From Pseudomonas aeruginosa (GTDB taxonomy: Bacteria > Pseudomonadota > Gammaproteobacteria > Pseudomonadales > Pseudomonadaceae), in NCBI RefSeq assembly GCF_001457615.1, contig NZ_LN831024.1, forward strand, positions 3,390,001-3,422,000: DNA of 32,000 nucleotides, read 5' to 3'. The notes under the pieces were generated by a model, which worked only from the letters and a program-made list of their open reading frames with translations, was not told where the DNA came from and ran no database searches. A program made the position numbers and the translations under genes. This document shows positions 25,819 to 32,000 of the stretch, piece by piece. The first letter of the stretch is position 1. Each line of letters begins with the position of its first letter.

Positions 25819-27219
25819 ATGAAACTCACGCTCACCCCTCCCCTGACCCCCAGCCACTGGATGCGCTCGACCGACCTGGCCGACGCCGCCAGCGCCCCCC
25901 TCGTCGGCACCCACTCGGCGGACGTGGCGATAGTCGGCGGCGGTTTCGTCGGGCTCTGGACCGCCATCACCCTCAAGCAACTGGAGCCGGACGCACGGGT
26001 CCTGCTGCTGGAGCAGGACGTCTGCGGCGGCGGCGCTTCCGGCAGGAACGGTGGTTTCGTGATGTCCTGGTGGCCGAAGATCGGCACCTTGCTGGGCTTC
26101 TGCAACGAGGCACAGGCGCGCTTCCTTGGCGAAAGCGCGGAGCGGGCGATCCAGGAACTCGGGGAGTTCTGCGCGCGGCATGACATCGATGCGCACTTCC
26201 AGCAGAAGGGCTGGCTGTGGACCGCCACCACGGCGCACCACCTCGACGCCTGGAACGATACCCTCGCCGCCTGCGAACGGCTCGGCGTCAGTCCCTTCGA
26301 ACGCCTCGACGCCAGCGAAGTGGCACGCCGGACCGGTTCGCCGGTGCATCTCGCCGGGGTCTTCGAGCGCAGCAATGCCACCGTGCAACCAGCCTTGCTG
26401 GTGCAAGGCATGCGCCGCGTGGCGCTGGCCCTCGGCGTGGAAATCCACGAGCGCTGTGGCGTCAGCCAGATCGTTCCCGGCCAGCCGGCACAGCTGCTGA
26501 GCGCCGGGGCCCGGGTCCAGGCCAAGGCGGTGGTTCTCGCGACCAACGCCTGGTCGGCCGCCCTGCCCAGGCTCTCCAGGCTGATCGTGCCGGTGAACAG
26601 TTCCATCGCGGTTACCGAGGCGATACCGCAACGGCTGGAGCGAATCGGCTGGACCGGCGGGGAAGCCATCACCGACTCCCAACTGATGGTGGACTACTAC
26701 CGCACCACCCGCGACGGGCGCATCGCCTTCGGCAAGGGCACCGGCGCCATCAGCTACGGCTCGCGCATCGGCCGGGTATTCGACGTCGACCGGGAGAGCC
26801 TGGCCCTGACCGAGGCCGACTTCCGCCGCACCTATCCCTCGCTAGGCGACATCCCGCTGGTCGACGGCTGGTCCGGCCCCATCGACCGCACCTACGACAG
26901 CCTGCCGGTCTTCGGCCGCCTGCACGAGAACATCCACTACGGCATCGGCTGGAGCGGCAACGGCGTGGGACCGAGCCGCCTGGGCGGGCGGATCCTCGCC
27001 AGCCTCGCCCTCGGCCGCGACGACCCGTGGAGCCGTTGTCCGCTGGTAGAACGCCGCTGCCGGAGCTTCCCCCCCGAGCCGCTGCGCTACCTGGGCGGCT
27101 CCCTGGTGCGCAACGCCGTCCTGCGCAAGGAACGCGCGGAACTCGCCGGTACCGCGCCCTCGGCCACCGACCGCTTTCTCGCGCGCTTCGCCCCTGCCGG
27201 CCTTGAAGACAAATCCTGA
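25819..27219 (+). CDS. FAD-dependent oxidoreductase (DAO family, PuuB/amine-oxidase-like)
   Basis: Track ORF (TTG 25786) trimmed to ATG 25819, 466 aa. The dinucleotide-binding motif is DVAIVGGGFVGLWTA. No clear SD is present, so the start is uncertain. Confidence 0.85.
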   Translation: MKLTLTPPLTPSHWMRSTDLADAASAPLVGTHSADVAIVGGGFVGLWTAITLKQLEPDARVLLLEQDVCGGGASGRNGGFVMSWWPKIGTLLGFCNEAQARFLGESAERAIQELGEFCARHDIDAHFQQKGWLWTATTAHHLDAWNDTLAACERLGVSPFERLDASEVARRTGSPVHLAGVFERSNATVQPALLVQGMRRVALALGVEIHERCGVSQIVPGQPAQLLSAGARVQAKAVVLATNAWSAALPRLSRLIVPVNSSIAVTEAIPQRLERIGWTGGEAITDSQLMVDYYRTTRDGRIAFGKGTGAISYGSRIGRVFDVDRESLALTEADFRRTYPSLGDIPLVDGWSGPIDRTYDSLPVFGRLHENIHYGIGWSGNGVGPSRLGGRILASLALGRDDPWSRCPLVERRCRSFPPEPLRYLGGSLVRNAVLRKERAELAGTAPSATDRFLARFAPAGLEDKS

Positions 27220-27231
27220 GGAGCCCATGGC

Positions 27232-27579
27232 ATGAACCCTTCGCTCATCCGTCTCGACGACGAAAGTCTTTTCACCTCGCCCACGCCCGTCGGCCAGCCC
27301 CTGGGCGAACCGGTAGCCCTGACCCGTACCGCGGCCCACCGCCCGCTCGCCGACGGCAACGGCGTGACCGGCATCTGGGAATGCACCCCGGGGCGCTTCC
27401 GCCGACAGGTCGAGCAGGCCGAGTACAGCTACATCGTCAGCGGTGAAGGTCGCTTCACCCCGGACGAGGGCCAGGCCGTGGAGTTTCGCGCCGGCGACGC
27501 ACTCTATTTCGCCGCTGCCACCCAGGGCACCTGGGACATCCGCCAAACCGTGCGCAAGACCTACCTGATCTTCGACTGA
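27232..27579 (+). CDS. Small cupin-fold protein (DUF861/cupin_3-like)
   Basis: 115 aa. GIWECTPGRF...YIVSGEGRF...GDALYF is typical of single-domain cupins. GAGGAG precedes the start, which lies 12 nt after the upstream stop. Confidence 0.75.
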   Translation: MNPSLIRLDDESLFTSPTPVGQPLGEPVALTRTAAHRPLADGNGVTGIWECTPGRFRRQVEQAEYSYIVSGEGRFTPDEGQAVEFRAGDALYFAAATQGTWDIRQTVRKTYLIFD

Positions 27580-27623
27580 CCCCGAAGAACCGAACTCCAC
27601 CGCCCTGACAGAGGAAACAAGAA

Positions 27624-28856
27624 ATGGGTATGCGAGAAGCGAACGACAACGCATCGGGCCTCAAGGCCCATCCCCTGGGCTCGCTCGAGACGATCGCGAT
27701 CATCATCGGCACCAACATCGGCGCCGGCGTGCTGAGCATGGCCTACGCCGCCCGCAAGGTCGGCTACGTGCCGTTGCTGGTATGCCTGGCCCTGACCTGC
27801 CTCTTCTGCATCGTCACCATGCTCTACGTGACCGAAGCCTGCCTGAGAACCCGCGGCAACAACCAGCTCAGCGGCCTCTCCCGGCGTTACCTGGGCCCGC
27901 TCGGCGGCTGGCTGATCTTCATCGCGGTGGCGGCCAACAGCTACGGGGCCCTGGTCGCCTACATGACCGGCAGCGGCAACATCATGCTCGAGTTCTTCGG
28001 CCAGTACGGCCTCACGCGCGAGGTCGGCAGCCTGATCTTCTTCGTCCCCTCGGCGCTGGTGCTCTACCTGGGCCTGAAGGCGCTCGGCGTGGGCGAGAAG
28101 CTGATCAGCGCCGGCATGGTGGCCATCGTCTGCATCCTCATCGGCGCTACCCTGATGCACGACGACGCCCGTCTCGCCCACCTTTGGCAGAGCCAGTGGC
28201 AATACGTGGTTCCAGTGTTCAACCTGGCGGTCTTCGTGTTCGGCGCGCAGTTCCTGGTTCCGGAGCTGGTGCGCGGCAACCTGGCAACCCCCGGGCGCCT
28301 GCCGCGCCTGATCGTGGTCGGCATGCTGCTGACCTTCCTGCTGGTGGCGGCCATTCCTGCCTCGGTCATCGCCCTGGTCGGCCCCGACAACCTCAGCGAG
28401 GTGGCGACCTTGAGCTGGGGACGCTCCCTCGGCCAATGGGCCTACTACGTGGCGAACACCTTCGCCTTGCTGGCGATGCTGACCTCCTACTGGGGACTCG
28501 GCGGGTGCCTGTTCACCAATATCTTCGACCACTTCCGCCTGGGCAGCGAAACCAACCGGCGCAAACGCCTGGCGGTGCTCGCCGCGGTCTCGGTCCCGCC
28601 GTTCCTGCTGGCCTATGCGGGGCTCGGCGGCTTCGTGAACGCGCTGTACTTCGCCGGTACCTTCGGCGGCGTACTGATGGGCATCATCCCCATCCTCCTG
28701 CTCAACGCGGCGCGGCGCCACGGCGACCAACTGCCGGCATTCAGCTGCGGCTGGTATGCCCATCCGCTGATACAGGGGCTGATCGTCCTGGTGTTCGCCT
28801 CCAGCGGGGTCTACGCGATCGCCTCGGCACTGGGGATGCTGCCCGCCAGTTGGTGA
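27624..28856 (+). CDS. Amino-acid permease (Trp/Tyr-permease-like HAAAP family)
   Basis: 410 aa and highly hydrophobic, with about 11 TM segments. The N-terminal IIGTNIGAGVLSMAYA motif is present. GAGGAA precedes ATG 27624. Confidence 0.85.
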   Translation: MGMREANDNASGLKAHPLGSLETIAIIIGTNIGAGVLSMAYAARKVGYVPLLVCLALTCLFCIVTMLYVTEACLRTRGNNQLSGLSRRYLGPLGGWLIFIAVAANSYGALVAYMTGSGNIMLEFFGQYGLTREVGSLIFFVPSALVLYLGLKALGVGEKLISAGMVAIVCILIGATLMHDDARLAHLWQSQWQYVVPVFNLAVFVFGAQFLVPELVRGNLATPGRLPRLIVVGMLLTFLLVAAIPASVIALVGPDNLSEVATLSWGRSLGQWAYYVANTFALLAMLTSYWGLGGCLFTNIFDHFRLGSETNRRKRLAVLAAVSVPPFLLAYAGLGGFVNALYFAGTFGGVLMGIIPILLLNAARRHGDQLPAFSCGWYAHPLIQGLIVLVFASSGVYAIASALGMLPASW

Positions 28857-28919
28857 CACGGCGCGCTGCCTGCGCCCGGGGCGATTACACTGAAGGCCCA
28901 TGCCTGGAGTTTCCTGGAC

Positions 28920-30467
28920 ATGCCGCAGAGCATCCGCCACCTGATCGCCCTCCCCGAACTCCGTTCACGCCTGCTGAGCGGAGCCGGCGGCCTCGACCGC
29001 CCGGTTCGCTGGGCGCATGTCTGCGAACTCGACGACCCCACCGAATGGCTCGGCGAGGGTGACCTGCTGATGACCACCGGGCTGGGCATACCGAGCGAGG
29101 CCGAGCGGCAACGGCGTTACATCCGAAGACTGGCCGAGGCCGGCCTGGCAGGCATGATGATCGGCGAGAACATGGAAGCCCCGAGCGACCTCGATGCCCT
29201 GCGCGAGACGGCCGAGGCCCTGGGCTTCCCGTTGATTCTCACCCACTACGGCGTCCCTTTCGCCGCCGTGACCCGGGCCATCGTCGATGCGGGGCAGAAA
29301 GACGAATACGAGCGCCGCAACGCCCTGGCCCGGATATACGAAAGCGCCCGGCTGAGCATGCAGGGTCTGGGCCTGCCGGCGCTGCTGCAACGCCTCGGCA
29401 AGGACGTGCGAAGCAGCCTCTACCTCATCGTTCCCGACACCCTGGCGGCCTGGCAGCCAGGCCTGCCAGGGCTGCCCGTGGAGTTGGCCGACGCGCTGCG
29501 CAACCGCCGTCGCGAGCAGGCGGAGCCGCAGCCGATGGTCCTTCGCCATCCGCTCGCGGAAGGCGAAGCGCTCAGCATCGGCATTCCTTCCGACCGGAAC
29601 TGCCTGCTGATAGCCCTGGGCGAGCGGCTGCCGGACTACAGTCTCCTGCACCACCTGACGGCAGTGCTCGGCATAGAGATCGAACGGCTGCGCGTCGAAA
29701 GCGAACGCCACCTGCGCCTGGGTTCGGAATTGCTCGACGACCTGCTGCAACGACGGCTATACCGGGAACAAGCCGAGGAGCGGCTGGAGGAACTGCTGCC
29801 CGGGCTCGACCTCGACGATGCAGTCGTTTCCATGGCAAGTTCCGAGGGGCTCGCGACCGACCCTATCGGTCTTTTCCGGGGCCACGACTCACGCCTGCTG
29901 GTTCGCGCGCAGGGCCAGGAAATCATTCTGCTGCACCAGGCCGGCCTCGCCTCGAAGCTGCAGGAAGCCCTGGACAGCTCGCTGGGCGTGAGCGCCCCGC
30001 TCCGTCGTGCCGAACGTTGCGCCGAGGCCTTGCGCGAAGCGCGCCTGGCCCTGGCCCACAGCCATTCCCGGCGACCGTTGTGTCGCTACGCGGAACTGGA
30101 CGACGAGGCGCCCTGGCTACCCAGAAGCCTCGCCGAGGCTGAGCGGGCGTTCCGCCTGGTCCTCGGCGCCCTCCACGACTATGACGCGGCCAATGGCTCT
30201 GCACTGCTATACACGCTGCAGGTCTTTCTCGAGGAAAACAGGTCCTGGTTGAACGCCGCGCAGCGGCTACACATACACAAGCAGAGCCTGGTCTACCGGA
30301 TACGCCGCATCGAGGAAATCAGCGGTCGCTCGCTGGACAGCACCGCCGATGTGGCGACCCTCTGGTTCGCCTTGCAGGCAACCCGGCTGTCGCCGGAAGC
30401 GAGGGGCAGGACGGCGAAGAGCAGCCTCCTGGAGCAGTCCGCGCACCATGGCGGCGACATGGACTGA
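28920..30467 (+). CDS. PucR-family transcriptional regulator
   Basis: 515 aa. It has an N-terminal PucR-type sensor region (LIALPELRSRLLSGAGGLDRPVRWAHVCELDDPTEWLGEGDLLMTTG) and a C-terminal HTH (LNAAQRLHIHKQSLVYRIRRIEEISG). Confidence 0.85.
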   Translation: MPQSIRHLIALPELRSRLLSGAGGLDRPVRWAHVCELDDPTEWLGEGDLLMTTGLGIPSEAERQRRYIRRLAEAGLAGMMIGENMEAPSDLDALRETAEALGFPLILTHYGVPFAAVTRAIVDAGQKDEYERRNALARIYESARLSMQGLGLPALLQRLGKDVRSSLYLIVPDTLAAWQPGLPGLPVELADALRNRRREQAEPQPMVLRHPLAEGEALSIGIPSDRNCLLIALGERLPDYSLLHHLTAVLGIEIERLRVESERHLRLGSELLDDLLQRRLYREQAEERLEELLPGLDLDDAVVSMASSEGLATDPIGLFRGHDSRLLVRAQGQEIILLHQAGLASKLQEALDSSLGVSAPLRRAERCAEALREARLALAHSHSRRPLCRYAELDDEAPWLPRSLAEAERAFRLVLGALHDYDAANGSALLYTLQVFLEENRSWLNAAQRLHIHKQSLVYRIRRIEEISGRSLDSTADVATLWFALQATRLSPEARGRTAKSSLLEQSAHHGGDMD

Positions 30468-30499
30468 CGGCGGAGCCCGATACCTGGCGCTTGCAGGGC

Positions 30500-30596
30500 G
30501 ACGCCGCCGCCAACAGGCGCGGCCAGGAACGGTTGCCTGGCAGCGGCGTGGCCTGTGGATGCCGGACCACGGTGCATCGCAGCGAGCGTCTTTGCG
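30500..30596 (+). pseudogene. Decayed fragment homologous to an internal/3' part of nrdG
   Basis: The 18-nt stretch ATGCCGGACCACGGTGCA is identical at 25403-25420 and 30559-30576. The surrounding 40-column block is 35/40 identical with one 1-nt gap. Flanking interrupted similarity also exists (GACGTTGCCGCC/GACGCCGCCGCC; AGCGAACGCCTCTGG/AGCGAGCGTCTTTGC). The in-frame reading GSGVACGCRTTVH--RSERL aligns with nrdG DSGVAYECRTTVHWGLFDSERL. The alignment was made by eye. Confidence 0.45.
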
Positions 30597-30712
30597 AATG
30601 CATTAATCCCCCTTGCTAGCTAGCCACCCCGCCGCTGGAGCGGCGCGGCCCGCGCTTCTAGGCTCGAACGGTAAGACGGAAGCCCATCGGCGCGGCGCAA
30701 AGGAGGCCTGCG

Positions 30713-30904
30713 ATGCGTAACGGAATCGACGCTGTATCCGCCCCGCTACCCACCCTGTTCGTATCTCCGCCGGCGGTCTTCACCGCCTCCCTCGAGCGAC
30801 TTCCCCCACGCGCTCGGCAGGCCCCCGCCGCCCAGCGCCCGCCGGGGTCGCCCGGCATTCCCGGCAGCGCCCGGTTGCAGACTGGCGCCACCACGTCTCA
30901 CTGA
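30713..30904 (+). CDS. Hypothetical Pro/Ala-rich 63-aa ORF
   Basis: A strong SD, AAAGGAGG (30699-30706), lies 6 nt before ATG 30713. Codon third positions are moderately GC-rich. The protein is low-complexity with no motif, so it may be non-coding. Confidence 0.25.
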   Translation: MRNGIDAVSAPLPTLFVSPPAVFTASLERLPPRARQAPAAQRPPGSPGIPGSARLQTGATTSH

Positions 30905-31035
30905 CGTCCCAACGCCGACGGCCATACCGTCGCAAGCGCTTCATCCCCCCGCGATCCGCCCGTCGCGCTCGTCCCCATCGGGACCAACCGGGCCGCCCCC
31001 GGCCCGCTCCTTCGAACCTGCGTGGAGTCCATCCC

Positions 31036-32000
31036 ATGAACGGAAGCAGATCCACCTTTCTCTACCTTCTCGCCGCCGCCGGCCTGGCGCTGACACCCGC
31101 GGCCCAGGCCGACCGGGGCAACGACGTGGTCGCCCGGCTCAACCAGTTGTACAACGACACCCGCCAGGATTGCGGCGGACCGTCGAAGCCGGCATTCCTC
31201 TGTTCCGGCGTGCTGTTCCGCGCCACCTGGCCTTCGACCGACTACATGTTCTACAGCATCAGTCCGAAGAGCCAGAAAAGCGGCGGCGTCTCCGCCTCCT
31301 ACCTGCGCAAGGACGCCAAGTACCGCAAGCTCGCCTATGGCCTGAAGAGTGGCTTCATCTTCGACACCATCTTCGGTAATCCGAAGGACCACCAGGACTA
31401 TGCGGTGCTCTGTTCCTTCCCCATCGACGCCGCCACCGACGACCGCGCCCAGCAGGGTTGCACCGATTCGCGGCGCACGCCGAACAGCGTCGAGAAGTCC
31501 TGCCAGGACATCAACGTCAGCACCGCCGAGCAGTGGGCGGCGAACTACCGGCAGAACCGCGGCGACCATTCGCGGCAGTGCTCCTTCGACGTCCGCGACG
31601 AGCGCAATACCGCCGCCGGCCCGGCCTTCTACCAGAGCATCCGGGCGATGGCGCAGATCGCCGACGAATCCTTCACCACCCAGAACGAACTGCGCCTGGC
31701 CAAGTGGGAGGAAAACCCGCCGAAGTCGCCGTCGATCCTCGCCGCGTTCTACACCGAGGACGCCGGCCTGGAGGGCGCTCGGCTCAACCAGATCCAGTGG
31801 TATCAGTCGGTCCAGGCATTCCTCCCGATCATCAACATGCGACTGCCGCAGACCCGCCAGCAGGACGCGCAGTTCGCCTACGACGGGCGTAAGCAGGCGA
31901 TCTACCCGACCAGCGAGAAGAATGCCTGCGAGCGCTATGTGGAAAGCGCCACCTGGGTGGAGCGCGACGATCCGGGCTTCAGGAAGAAGATCATGACCCT
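31036..32000 (+). CDS. hvn: Secreted halovibrin-like protein (NAD+ glycohydrolase/ADP-ribosyltransferase homologue), with its 3' end outside the window
   Basis: It is absent from the ORF track because the frame runs off the window. I translated it by hand from ATG 31036 (GGAG 8 nt upstream) with no stop through nt 32000. The signal peptide is MNGSRSTFLYLLAAAGLALTPAAQA|DRG, and several conserved-looking Cys residues are present. The halovibrin assignment comes from my memory of the P. aeruginosa gene at this position. Confidence 0.7.
   Translation, partial: MNGSRSTFLYLLAAAGLALTPAAQADRGNDVVARLNQLYNDTRQDCGGPSKPAFLCSGVLFRATWPSTDYMFYSISPKSQKSGGVSASYLRKDAKYRKLAYGLKSGFIFDTIFGNPKDHQDYAVLCSFPIDAATDDRAQQGCTDSRRTPNSVEKSCQDINVSTAEQWAANYRQNRGDHSRQCSFDVRDERNTAAGPAFYQSIRAMAQIADESFTTQNELRLAKWEENPPKSPSILAAFYTEDAGLEGARLNQIQWYQSVQAFLPIINMRLPQTRQQDAQFAYDGRKQAIYPTSEKNACERYVESATWVERDDPGFRKKIMT

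Overview
High-GC chromosome (about two-thirds G+C by eye). Gene content and order match what I remember of Pseudomonas aeruginosa PAO1, roughly PA1934 down to PA1914 read in reverse; this is recollection, not a search. The left ~2.5 kb is visibly lower-GC accessory DNA. It carries the 3' two-thirds of a PrrC/RloC-like AAA_13 ATPase, a likely anticodon-nuclease defence gene, and a 241-bp unit bracketed by a perfect 13-bp inverted repeat around a 34-codon ORF. The core region then runs as follows: a small secreted protein; a three-subunit xanthine-dehydrogenase-family oxidoreductase operon; the soluble double-PAS chemoreceptor mcpS; a small acidic protein coupled to rimJ; metE; an OsmC-YcaO fusion; a minus-strand metal module (TonB-dependent receptor, signal-peptide CobN-like chelatase, ExbB-like, ExbD-like/DUF2149) behind a strong Zur-box match shared with a divergent SAM methyltransferase; nrdD-nrdG with an Anr-type box and two NrdR boxes; an FAD oxidase-cupin-permease-PucR module; and the 5' part of a secreted halovibrin-like gene. 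The most interesting signal is absent from the ORF track. A 48-codon ORF (24784..24930) between nrdD and nrdG has its own Shine-Dalgarno and an ATGA overlap with nrdG, and it carries the class III RNR glycyl-radical motif (TRVMGY...FNAGK) that the 675-aa NrdD lacks. This suggests a split RNR with a detached glycyl-radical peptide. I also see a decayed copy of part of nrdG 5 kb downstream, so the four-gene catabolic module is bracketed by direct repeats. I found no rRNA, tRNA, CRISPR array or transposase.
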